NCBI GenBank assembly: GCA_047967505.1
Contig: CM106538.1
Reading direction: 5' to 3' (one strand)
Length of the DNA: 64,000 nucleotides
Source of the DNA: Dipteris shenzhenensis
Lineage: Eukaryota
Shown here piece after piece: positions 36,597 through 49,754 of the stretch. The position numbers and the translations under genes are program-made. The stretch's first letter is position 1, and each line of letters begins with the position of its first letter. Under the pieces are notes generated by a model. The model did not search any database and was not told the origin of the DNA. It was given only the letters and a program-made list of their open reading frames with translations.

Positions 36597-39500
36597 AGCC
36601 GTTGATTGTAGACCCGCTTTGTGCCATCCCCATGCCTCATTGCTTCGTCACCTTTTACAAAACTATTGATGTTGCTATGCCATGAAAGACTATCCACAAA
36701 CCCAATACTAGACCCTTCCATGCTCTCCCACTCTGCTTGTATCGTCCTTTATATATATTCACAATACGAGTAGCATGACCCATCTATGATGGATTAAGAC
36801 TTTCACTTCTTTGAAAAAGAAGAATCCTAAAGCTTCCACCACAACATGAAATACACAATGCTACACACAAGTATACAAGAAATTAAAAATGCATTGCATC
36901 TGCTTATGCTCAAGTGTTACATTGAGTGTCCTCTACACTATATCTACATAGAGCTACCCTAATCAAGAAGATGTTGTCTATGTGCTCGTGCTATCTTGAG
37001 AGTACATTGAGAATGCATATCCTTACGACTACTAATAAAATAGTTTTTACCTACACAAGGTATAACTAGAGGACAAAAACTTGACGCTAACAACACATTA
37101 GGAACAGATTAGAAAGCCTTGAACAAAACTTAAACTGGTCCTCTTGTACTTTTTTCATGAGAGAAGGCCAATATATAGGCACTTGATACATACATGCAAG
37201 CCAAGCTCCACTAATTTATCCATTGATTTCTCGATCAGCATCTCTCAATCACACCACACTCCTAGATTCACCCATTCACACCTATACTAACGGACACATC
37301 ATCAGTCACACCTAACTCAAGCACAACTACACACAAATGTGTGTTCACACACTCACTCATGTGATCACACTCACAACCACATACCGTGTAATCCTTGGTA
37401 TTGACCCCAGTACATCAATTTATCCCATCATGTACCCCCCCATGCCACAAAGTGATGACCTCAACCCTTGTAGTAGTCCATGGGAAACATCAAGGCTTGC
37501 CCACCTCTAGTGGACAACACTCATGATCCCAACCTGGAACTCACTCTTGTTGCATCAGCAGTAGACTCATTTGGGCATCTTCACCCCAACATGATCTCAC
37601 TCTTACTTTGGTCTTTTGGTTTACGATTGGGAGAATGGACAATGACTATGCATGGGAAATTCACATAAGACTAGCAATCATTTGAGGGGGATATCCTAGG
37701 GCAGAGAACCCTTATACATAGAAAATTCTAAGTGTAAGATGTTGGGAAATTCCCCCCCTTGATGGCAATCATTTTTTGGCATCGTTTCCAAGCCTCCATT
37801 GTATCAGACTGATAAACTTGCTTGTCCATTGTATTGTACTCAGTGTCGATGAAGCAAAGATTTCCTTCTAGGCAAGGTCTTTCCACATGGGTAGTGTCTA
37901 TTGCCTAACAACGTTTGACAAAGAGACTCAAACAAGTGGAACTTGAGAACATATTCTTTGAGAGCACAATCATCATGTCATCCCCATATAGATGCCAAGA
38001 AGTTGCATACATCATCAGATATGTTGCATAGACCACTAAGTCATCTCCATAATTGCAAAGTACAATGACACCCATGAGTACCATAACTGAGTTCTAATGC
38101 TCGAGAAGAGTCAATATACTAGAAACCTAAAAAGCCCCAATTTTTAGTTGACTTGGTTAACCATTTCACAGCTAAAACTATCCAAAATAGCAATCAGAGA
38201 TAGTAACAACTTGGAGGGCTGAATTTGCACAATTGGAAGACCTAATGAAAGGGACTTTTATGCCAAAATAAAGCTTATATACTAGAGAATATCAACTTAG
38301 AGGATAGCTGAAATGTGCCATGTTGTCTATGAGAACTGCTTCAAAATTAATTGGTTTTTCTTTTATTTCTCCCTTGTCTATGGACCAAATGTACTCAAAC
38401 TTGAAGAATAGCTAGCTTATAAATTCTCCCAACTATACCTAGGACGGCTGGTCCAAAGTTTTACTTATATAGGTTGTGTGTGGAAAAAGTTTATCGGGCA
38501 ATAATCATTTTGCCATGCTAAGAAAGCACAATTTCCAAAAACCCTCTAGAGTCGAAGTGCGCCTATATGAGGGGAATCTATGGATGAAAGGGTTTGGGAA
38601 TGGTCACCTACATTTGTAAAATTTGAAGCTCCAAGATCCAGAAAGGGGCAAAAATATAAGGAAGGATGGAGAAGATGATGACGTGGCTAAAAATGGCTCA
38701 AGGAGGGCATGGTGGTTCTACTTCCACATGTTGGATCATGGATAAGCAACAATATGAGAGTGGAACAACCAAAATAAGTCTTGTACTTCAGTCATAAGAG
38801 AAGGCCAATATATAAGCACTTGATACATACATGATGCGTCAAATGTTGTTTGCTTGGGTGTATCCATTTGGGTTAGGTTTACGGAATTTTCTGTATATAG
38901 GTATCTTGCATGGCCCATAACTTATACATTGCTCAATGGAATTCGACAAACTTTGTCTTCAAGTTGTAGTACACCTTCCAAACTTGAACATGAAAGCAAA
39001 AAACTTTGGAACGAGATCATTAAAGCATTACAAGTGCTATGTTGCATGTGAAGCATGCATCCTGAAGACTATAGGATATAGAAATGTATTCAAAAACATC
39101 AAAATTTTGTTCTATACATACATGAAACCAAGTAATCATTGAAAAAGTACACTACGTGAGCTTCTCTCAACCCAAGGACACACCTAAATGAGACCATTAG
39201 GCATGGATTAATAGGCCTCCAATGTTGTGCTAAAGTGATGCATACCCATTTGAGGGCACGCTTCATGAATGTTTTCCGATTTGTTGAAAACCAAAACGGA
39301 TTGAAAATTTGCAATCCAAAGTAGTGGGACTACTGCATGGTGGTCTTAAAACATTGATAGTTGTTGGTATTGGTATCTAGACTCACCAACACTATTTATA
39401 ATTTTGAACTATTTCTTTTTCCATGCGCTTGATTTCTATATAGCTCATAAGCATGCCAAAGGTGATTGCATTTCATAATACAGAGCATTTGTGTTTTGAA

Positions 39501-39847
39501 GCATTTTAGGCCACATTGCACTTGTTTAGGATATCTAATTCTGTTGATGTGTATCACTAGAGGGGGGAGAACCAACGGCTAAAATTTCTGCTATTCCCAC
39601 AAATTTCAAATTTTCACATCTCCCGCTGATCAAATCTTGGAAGATTAAGTACTTGCAACATGCCCCTGCCTTGCAAATGCCCTCCAACCCACATGCACCT
39701 TGACGTGACCTTGCGTAGACTTTGGTTTGGAATTGTCTTCTGTCGGGTAAGTTGTCTTCTATTATTTTCTTGCCTCACTAGATAGCTTCTCTGGGTCCAT
39801 TTTGGACTGATCATGGCCATGGTGTCAATGGCAACATGTAGCTCATC

Positions 39848-40270
39848 ATGGCTTGCAAGAGAAGCAGACAAAGGATGCAAGACAAGAAAGCTGAAAAGCC
39901 TCTGGTCAAGGCACAAAGAATAGATTGTGGGTCGAGGAAAGAATTGGCACGGTATCGAAACAACGGAAGACACTTTTACAACATCAAGGAAGGCAAAAAC
40001 AACAAGAAGAAAGAAGACTCCTTGCAGAACAGCATTAGGAAGCGATTACAAATGCACTCTTTCGATCATTTCCATCGAAGCACAGAAAAGGAGATGTGGT
40101 GTGTCACAGGAGTGTCAAGATTGATGGGGGCATTCGAGACAACAACATCAGGCCATTCAGGTGATTACCAGTCTCGAGTCTTCACAAGCTTTAGCCTACA
40201 TCCTAAAGTTCGTAGAGTAACAATCCTACCAAGACCTTGGGATACACACCCAAGAGGCGATGCTCTCTAA
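39848..40270 (+). CDS. Highly diverged histone H3-like ORF (140 aa), or an H3 pseudogene
   Basis: Colinear matches to H3: [27 protein letters not shown]..IKE....KK..[55 protein letters not shown]/RGERA. Start and stop fall at H3-equivalent positions. Confidence 0.45.
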   Translation: [140 protein letters not shown]

Positions 40271-41455
40271 CCTAAGAAATGGCCTACATAAAAAATTTAG
40301 AAAAATGGTAGAGTAGACATTAGTGCATGAAATGATTTACTTTTGGAATAGTTTATGTTTGTGTGTATGATTTTCTTAATTTTAGCATATGTATTTATTT
40401 ATGAGCATGTAACTATAGCTTGTAACTATACCTAAAGAAAAAGTCAATGGGCCAGTTGGAGGTCCACTTAAGCCGACCTGTAACAAAACTCGTTTGTTGA
40501 TGAATATTATTATACCACATGCCAGATGGAGGTTCGCTTAGGCCGACCTGGAACATATCGTATGTGGTTAAAATTCATACTTTATAGTACTAAAACTCTA
40601 CAAACTAGTATCTAAGAGTGATGAGGAAATATTTGACTTTGAGCCGATTGCGGGCTTGCTTATGCCGGCCGTTTGCATCTCGCTCGAAGTCTAGCCAGTT
40701 GTGGAGCTTGCATTTGCCAGCTCATAGCAACTCGCAAAATTATATTGCGTATGTGTGGAAAGATAGTGATATACATAGGTTCACTATCCTTATGTTTTAT
40801 AGATTATTAGGTGAAACAAATTAGATATGAATATATTACATATGTTTTAATTTGTAGCTTTTATTAGAACTCAAACACCATAGTACATATATACATAGAA
40901 AAAAACAATATTGAGGATTGAGGATATTAGGTTAACAATTTCTCCTAGCTTAAAAAGTAGTAGTAAAACATTTTCTCATAGCTTAGAAAGTAGTAGTAAA
41001 ATTATTTATAAGTACTTGTGTAAGTGATGCTAGCTACTGCACCAGTGTGTGTAAAAACCGACATCCGTCAATAGAGCATGATGTTGTGGATGATCATGGT
41101 GCAGATAGATGCTTACTTGAGAGAGAGTGGAACATGGGAAAAGGAAATTTGCCATCCCATGCCTATTTCAAGAGGTAGATTACCACGTTCACAATCATCC
41201 AATTATGTCAAGAGGGACAAGACAATTGGATGATTTCTCTCTTTTGAGGTCTAGCAAGCTTGCATGGAGTATTCTAAGTCAGTGTTCCAAAAAGCCACAT
41301 TGATTTTGGACATAGAACTACAAATGATTCAAGATAATGTGATGTGTCATAGATCCTAAATGATATGGTAGTATCCAGAACATGATTACTAATGTGAATA
41401 TACATAGAACTTATATAAGCTTTTGTATGTTTCTCTTACAACCTTTATTGGAAGC

Positions 41456-42080
41456 ATGGCTCCAGAAAAACAAGGAAGGAATCCAAAAAAGGCTCGCGTT
41501 ACATTACGATGTTGCCTTACAAGAAGTGGAAATGCAACTTTTGTCATGAAGAGTACTCAGGCTCCGGCACAAGAATGCAAAAGCATTTCTTGGGTGATAG
41601 CAACAAATAGATTAGAAAATGCAAGGGGCCAGGAGCCAGGAGTTGAGAGAGTTATAGCCACTCTAGGCTGCCAAATGCCTAAAAGTATGGACAACCAAGT
41701 AGATGATATAGTCGCACGTCACTAATCCTAGCCTCAAGAACATATGCCTGATGATTTACTCACACCTCCAGCTAGTCAATCTGTAGATGTGCCACCTCAA
41801 AGTAGTGGTGTGGCCTCATTCACACAGATGGCAAGCTGCTCTATGAAGTATATGGATAGTAGACAATGTAGTGACATTTCTCGTTCGCAATCGCATGCGC
41901 ATCCGCATCAAAGATCTTTGGAAGACTCATTTAGACAATAATATATAGAGAAAGTGCAACAAGATGTTTTTTAGGCCATTTGTTGCACTACTTACCCCCA
42001 CTAAGCATGGTTCAAAACCCGCATTGGAAGAGAGCTATGACATCTGTAGCAAAGGCAGGTCCAGGATTTACCCAAAATCA
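41456..42080 (+). pseudogene. hAT transposase 5' remnant (BED zinc finger), truncated by the Gypsy LTR
   Basis: KKWKCNFCHEEYSGSGTRMQKHFLG...IRKC (41521-41625) and VQNPHWKRAMTSVAKAGPGF near 42010-42070. Confidence 0.7.
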
Positions 42081-42817
42081 TGTCTATAAACACTTTTGTA
42101 GAAGAAATGTTTTCCATTTCACACACCATTTATGACTTATTCTAGAAAATATAAAACAGTCTATAAATTTCCACAACCGAAAGCTAGTTTTTGCAAAAAT
42201 CAGAGTAAAAATGACTGCGTGTAATCTCAGTTTTGTTTTTGACGGTAAAACCACGCTCCTACCTCTCAATCTATCACTGATTAGTATGGGAGATATTATG
42301 GGATGCTTAGCTTTTTCTTTAGCAACCCTTTCTAGCCCAATAAGCACTAAGATTGAGTGGATTCATGTCACAAGCTGCTCCCACAAAATTGGGCATTCAA
42401 CCTCTTCTTAGCAGGATTCCATTCAGCAAAACCACTTTATCTTTTCATAATCCATCACTTGGGCTGACTTAGCAATCTCCCACAAAGCCCACAGATGCAC
42501 TCACAACTGAATATCATGATGAAATGAGCAAAATTGGAATTTCTCTTCTCTCTCGTGTCGCTAGTCTATGTATTTCCTCTGTTCTTTGTATTTTTCCATC
42601 CATAACTACTTTAGTCTCCACATTAAAACACAACCATTGGATCTTGAGTACTTAAATAGCTGCCATGTGCCCCTCTCTCACACCCCTTCATTTCTCCACC
42701 TTTTTACCACTCCAAATCCACAATTGAATGCATTTTTGCTCATTTTTGCAACCTCCATAACTTTCAATCCATAACTCAGATTGCAACACTGTAAAAAGTA
42801 AAAGTGATCACACGTCA
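42081..42817 (-). repeat. Probable 3' LTR (~737 bp) of the Athila-like element
   Basis: On the minus strand the PPT-like AAGTGTGGGGGAAA (42821-42834) precedes TGACGTG at 42817. A CA end at 42081 coincides with the hAT truncation. Confidence 0.55.
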
Positions 42818-44076
42818 TGATTTCCCCCACACTTAAATGTGGAGCGTTCTCACAAACATCAAACTCGGACATCCATCACTTCATCATTACCGCAACAATC
42901 ATCTTGTCCATCAAATCTGCCACACAATCAATACACCAATAAACCATTCCAAATATAGCACTCACTCTCATATCGCATCACCACATAACAACACACCAAT
43001 ACCACATAAAAACATTCACACATAACACACCTCATAGCATCACATCACTCAATACACATGTCATTGTCTCTCAACACACATCACCACTCACAACAACATA
43101 CCTCATCATTCACCTGCAGGTAATACTGGATAGCATAACTAAACTACATTTCCACATAGGCATGCTAAAAAGAAAATCAGTAAAACTAACCCATCTTTGA
43201 AACTAAGGTAGAACCATCCACACTTAAATACTACTCAAATTCATTTCTATGGTTATGACCTGAGTCTTTAGCACACATCTACTCATGAAAACCATCTCAA
43301 AGCCACATATTACACCTCATAGAGAGATCACAAACAATAAAAAATCCCTCATTTTCCATGTTTTTTGTGTTCTTCCTATTCATTCATGTTCTTTTTTTCC
43401 CTTATCTCTTTTGACACAAGGTCCTAACCCATGAAAACCAAGGCATCGGCCCCAAGCCTACCAAGAATCTTACATGCCATTTGTTATCTTTTTAATCTTT
43501 TATTTCCCATTTTTCCACCAAAGTTTCACCCTATAAAGGTCAAGGCATCGGCCCTAGGCCTACCAAGAATCTTTATGGCGATGATTATCTTCTTGGCTCA
43601 TTCTTATTTTTTGTTTCTTTTTTTTTAAACACCACTTAGTATTTATTTCATAAGTTCATCCTTCTCACTTGTAATCTACCTATGAAATGAGAATATGAAA
43701 CCTCAAAATAACTTCAGTCAAAATGTGGCCAAAGCACTTGGCATACGCCTTTGACATGCCTCAAATAGAATCTAAGCATGGCTAAAACTACCTAGCCTCT
43801 TAAAATGGAAAAGCTTTAGCAATCCTCTATCTAGCCACCCAAAATGGAATGTATTCTAGCTATGATTGATCAAAGCAAGCACTCATACGTCCAGTTACAC
43901 ACCACATTCATACTCCTCTCACACAGATACATAAACATAAAAACTCACATGCATTGTTTGTTACCATCACATTTTCACTCGCACTCATACATGCATAATT
44001 CATTCAATCACTCATTCTTACAAACATTCACACACAATTCACTCAATCACATTCACACATTCTTTCATACACATAG

Positions 44077-44078
<2 letters not shown>

Positions 44079-44118
<40 letters not shown>

Positions 44119-44119
44119 A

Positions 44120-44177
<58 letters not shown>
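44079..44177. repeat. Compound (CT)n(CA)n microsatellite
   Basis: Visible directly in the sequence. Confidence 0.95.
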
Positions 44178-44178
<1 letters not shown>

Positions 44179-47100
44179 CTTTTAAGTCACATTAGCATGC
44201 TTTCCAAATTAGATATTCACTTTTATACTCACTCTTTCACTCACTGTCACATGTTCTAAACCACGCTCATTCACATTTTTTTGTTCTTTTGAAATAAAAG
44301 AAAACCTAACACAAAAACAAAAAGAATCAAGCAAAGAAAGGTTGGAGTACACTTGATAGATCTCTGTGCCTTCTACATCATGTTTCTCATTGCAACCCAT
44401 GAACAACGACCATATCTAGCTGTCACCTATACATGGCACTTCTCGCCTGTAATGCAAGTAATCTACCAAATTTGGTTGAAGGCTCTTGTAGATGCTCATT
44501 GTATCATCCTCCTCCAAAGTAACCTCATCCAACAATATCGCTAGCGCTTCCTGTGTCGCATGTTCCTCTTCATCCCAAGAACTATGAGCAAAGAATAGCT
44601 TTCGGTCGCTCAAGGGATAGCTCAAACACATGTCCTATCCGCCAATCCTAGATTTTTGACCTCAAGACCTATTACACTCCTCTGACCCACACCCATAGTA
44701 GAATGAAAAACACTGTCAGGGTCATGACATTGAGGCATGCCGACTATATGTTGAACCATGCTACACCCATATCTTTGAAAGTAAGTACGGCACTGCCAAC
44801 AAATAAAAGAGGCAGCCGAATGGATATTCTGCTCACATGAAACACAAACAAGGGTGGGATGGAGCTGTAGACAAAACAACACCACAATTTCCATACCACA
44901 ACAGACCTCACCTTAGATAGCATAAAAATACCATGAATGGGTTAGTAGATGAGGGATACTATGAATACCCTGATGAAGCTCCTCCATATTATTCACATCC
45001 ATGGTCAAAAGACTTGTATCGTGCCAAGTAAAATCCATCTATGATTAAAAGATGACAACATACATCGCGAAGCACAAAAAACCAAATGAAAATGAGTAAC
45101 ACAAGAACCACAATACACCATAGCACACATATGATAATAGATTTACCATACTTCGCTCACCAACCAACACCATACAATCACTCCAGCACATAAAGTTTCA
45201 CCCATAAGCCATTCATTCTAAATGATTCATTTTCTCCTTTTACATCTTGACCAATCAAAGAACCATTGTGAAACACCTCTAAAACCCGAAATGGGCCTAA
45301 CCATCATATACACAATTTACCAGGGAATCTATAATAATAGCTATTATAAACCAAAACTAAATTGTCTTTCTTGAACTCATGAAGTTTAATATTGTAATCA
45401 TGCCAAGCCTTTTTCCACTTCTACATTGCCTCCATATTTTGCAATGAAACCAAGCGGTGCTCATCTAATTTTTATAAAGAAAACAATCTGTCCTTTAAGG
45501 GCTCATGATCACCTAGCCGCATGCTCAAAGCCACCTATAGTGTTGCAACGTTGTGCTCAATAGGAAATATTACCTCAGTCCCATACACTAGAGTGAAAGG
45601 CATATTTTGAGTGGTGACTTTATATGTTGTTCGATAGGCCCACCATGCCTCATACAATCGCTCATCCCAATCTTGCCGATTTTCAGCCACTATTTTGGTC
45701 ATAATACGGCCCATAACACGATTAGTCACTTCTTCTTCTCCATTAGCTCATGGATAATATGGATTAGACTTTTGAGGTTTGATCTGATACAACTCATTCA
45801 ACTCACGAATTGTGTCATTTAGAAAATGGGAACCTCTATCACTCACTAGTTCTAGTGGATAGCCAAATCGACTAATGATATTCTCATATAAAAATTTGGC
45901 TACATCACTTGTGCGATCAATTTTTAAGGCCTTGGCCTCAACCCATTTGGTTACATAATCCGTACAAGCCAAAATATACCGATTTGATCGATACTTTGAA
46001 GGAGGGTCTATAGGTCCCACACAATCAATTCCCCATTTTTTAAAAGGTTTCAATGCTAAGATCGGGGTAAGTGGCATCGCAAACCATTTAGGGCCACCAA
46101 ATCTCTAACATTTATCACACTTATGGCAATCCTTAAATAGGGTGGGACACCAATAAACAGCAAACAAGACCTTACGACCAGTGAGATCCCCTACAAAATG
46201 TCCTCCACAAAGCTCATCATGTAGTGCTTTAAGTATAATCAGAATTTCATCTTCCCACACACATCTACAATAGAAACCTTTCCTAAGGTAGAACTTATAA
46301 AGAAATCCACCAAAAAGAGTATAGTTTCGAGATTGCAACAAAAGCTTTTTCTTATCATGTTTATCTGCTATGGGGATATTGTGCAGTACTCAAAAAATTA
46401 GAAATATCAGCATACCACGGATATTCCACTTGAACTAAGAACAATTGAGCATCGGGAAGATCATCATCCACACCAAATTCCATATCAACCGATTAATAAC
46501 CGTGATAAATGATCAGCTAACACATGAGTTTTGCCTGGTTCGTCACCACTTGAAAATCAAACTCTTGAAATAACAACATCCATCGGGTTACTCAGCCAGA
46601 TAATTTGGGTTTGTTGAGAAGATATTTTAAAGCCTCATGATCACATGGAAGATAAGTTTATTTCCTAGCAAATAATGCCAAAACTTTTCCACACAATACA
46701 CCATAGAAAGGTATTCCTTTTCTGTTGTCGTATAATTTCTTTCCGCATCCTTGAAATTTCGACTAGCATAATAGATAGGATGGTCCAATTTATCATTTCC
46801 ACTTTGGCAAAGAATGGTACCGATTGCTACCAGTGATGCATCTCCATGAATATGGAATTCTTTGGTCCAATCTGGGCGTATCAAAAAGGTGCTTCAACCA
46901 ATTTGGACCTTAAAATCTCAAACACTTGTTGGCAAAGCCTTGTCCACATGTAAGAAATATCTTTTCACAAAAGTGTGGTTAAAGGCAAAGCAACTTGTGC
47001 AAAATTGGCAATGAAACGGCAATAATAGCTCACATGGCCCAGAAATCCACGCAATTGCTTCAAATTTTGAGGAGACGGTAACTCACTGATCTCCTTAATC

Positions 47101-49754
47101 TTTACCTTATCCATAGCAATGACATCCTTGGAAACTGCATGCCCTAAAAGAATGCCTATCTCCACACCAAAGACACACTTTCTAGGATTTAACGATATAC
47201 CGACTTCTGTGCTGTGCTCAAACACCCGTTCTAATTTACCAGGCATATCTGCTTGATTACCAATGACACAAAAATTATCTAAAAACATTTCCATCCATTG
47301 CCTCAAGAATTCTTGATAAGCAGCTATCATCATGTGTTGGAATGTTGCAGGGGCATTACATAGCGCAAAGGGCATAACTTTATAGGCAAATGTCCCCCAT
47401 TCAGTGGTGAAAGTGGTCTTAGGCTGATCATCTAGATGGATCAAAACTTGATTGTATCCACTAAAACCATGCATAAATGAATAAATATCATGTCGTGCAA
47501 CCTTATCCAGAACTTGATGAGTGAAGGGTAATGGAAAATTATCTTTCTTAGTTTTATTATTAAGTTGTCGATAGTCCACACAAATGCGAATCTTTTTATT
47601 ATTTTTTGGAACGACCACAATGGGTGAAACCCACTTGCAATAGGCCACTAGGTAAATAAAATCCAAATCTAACAACTTAGTAAGCTCCGCTTTCACTAGT
47701 TCTACATAGACTGGATTCGTTCATCGTTGTTGTTGACACACTGGTCGTGCTTGGGGCTCTAAATCAAAAAAGTGTTGATAAAGTTCAAGTTTGATCCCCT
47801 TTAAGTCCTTGTATGTCCATGAAAATACATCCATGTGCTTCTCCAAGACACGACAAAAATTTGTCAAATGATCTCCTACTAATTGTGAACCAATCACTAA
47901 AGATTTGCCTTCAGCTGACTCCAATTTTGTCACCTCTATGCCAACACTACCCATATAGCATGAATGGAGTATTTTGGAGACATGGTCATAATCCCTTGAG
48001 CAATCCTCATAGGAATGAACTTTAATCATCCATGTGAATTTGAATGCAATTACTCCTAAACATTTGGAATTAATTCCCTCCGAATCGGCACATAAGGTAT
48101 GATGGCTTCACATTCACTACTTTCCTCTGCTTTTGTTTCCACTAGCTCTACCATGAAACAGTTAGGGTCTAGGAATTTGTCTCTCTTTCTATGTCATACA
48201 CTACCCCACTAGGTAGTTGGATTCTTAATTCCAATATCTAGAGGAGATCTTCTTGAGAATAAGAAAGTATCATTCTTTATTTTTGCTTTTAGCTCATGAT
48301 AGTCCATAAGAACCCACACATAGCCCTCCTTTCTAGGAATAATTGCCACAAGTGCAATCCTTTCATCATAAGCCCCTGGGTAAATAAACCCTAAATCCAT
48401 CATGAAAGAAATCCTGGTCTACACAAATTTTGCATGAATTGGGTTAAGTTGACGCTGGACAATTTTAGGTAAATTTTGAAATACTTACATAGGGGTGTCT
48501 CACCACAAGCTTTGTGTGTTTCCATGAGTCAACCTGTGACTGTCATACATTGGATCACCTTCTATAGGTACAAGAGGCAAAATAGTTGGGCATTCCACGG
48601 TTGCCTCACCATATGTTTTTGCTAACTCCACCTTGTAGCAATGAAGGTCTAGGTCTCCTTTCCTCCCTCTACTAACATCATGACCTTGCAAGGTATCATG
48701 GCATACATTTTTCCTATATGAATCTACCCCTATTGGGCTCCTCATCATTGAATCTCTACAAGTTTTGAATCCGTTATTCTTCCTTGATTTAGAAAACTTC
48801 ATTTCCATGCATCCTTTACTCGTCTATCAAACTCTACTTGCTCACGTAATGTTTCCAAGTAACCCTCTTTTAATGCGGTTACTCTTCAGAATTCTTCTAA
48901 GGCCTCTTGTTTATCTCTCTCACACTATTTCAAACTGCCTCTAGGGCCTCTTGTTTTTATTTCTCACCTCATTGGATGAGAGCACGTTCTTTATCTCAAA
49001 ATACCCTCTAGATCTCATCTTTTTATGCTTCCCACTAAACTTGAAGGTGCTTTATAGTTTCAATTTTCTCCCCTAAAGCCGCATCCAATAGATCAATCTC
49101 TTCCCTATGATAAAGATCTACTTTTCGTGTCAACTCCTTACTTTGACGTAACTCTTACAAAGCCTGCACTTTATCAATTTCTAGATGTGTCACCCTCTCT
49201 CTTGCATCCCTCAGTTCAACCTCCACTTCCCATTTCTCTTGTTCTAATTCCTTGCAGAGTTTCTGAAATCCCTTTTCCCTGAGAGTTATGTCCATGTCAC
49301 TCATAGCTTCGTCCATGGGATTATCTCTACCTCCCCTTGAGGACTTAAATGACAACATATTTTTGGTCATTTCTCCAACCACTATCAAAAGAGTTCACTT
49401 CCCTTGTACTATTTATTATTCCTTTCTCTCTCTCTTGGGCAGCATTACAACCTACTTTATTTTGACCAAATTCTTCCACCTCTTTTCCACTAATATCTTC
49501 AAATCTGTCCACCATGTGATAGTCTACCGTCCACTATTTAGATGTGCTCTTGATTGATTGAGCACCCATATTATCAAGGAGCTCCATACTCCCATCTACT
49601 AGACGTGATCTTAATAACACCATCAACGTTTCTTTGAGCTCCAAAAATGATTGCTCACATTGATTAGTCCATTCCAAGGGAAAAATTAGGGGCGAATTTT
49701 AGCCCAAGGGCTAATTTAGAGGGTTTTCCAAGTTGCAAGGGCCAATATTTAGAG

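Larger units (their letters stand above)
42081..49690 (-). mobile_element. Degraded Athila-like (non-chromovirus) Ty3/Gypsy LTR retrotransposon lacking its 5' end
   Basis: RT 46965-47696 (WVSPIVVVPK..KIRICVDYRQLN, GFSGYNQV). RH 46627-46884 (DAS..AIG, AERNYTTTEKE). IN 45200-46340 (HDELCGGHF, WGIDCVGP, SDRGSHF, WLGPF). Long 3' region with an extra ORF. Confidence 0.9.

Noticed and set aside
36870-38840. Possible old LTR element (PPT-like C-tract at ~37435; ~55-bp repeat at 37142 and 38780)
   Set aside because: Boundaries and coding domains could not be established.
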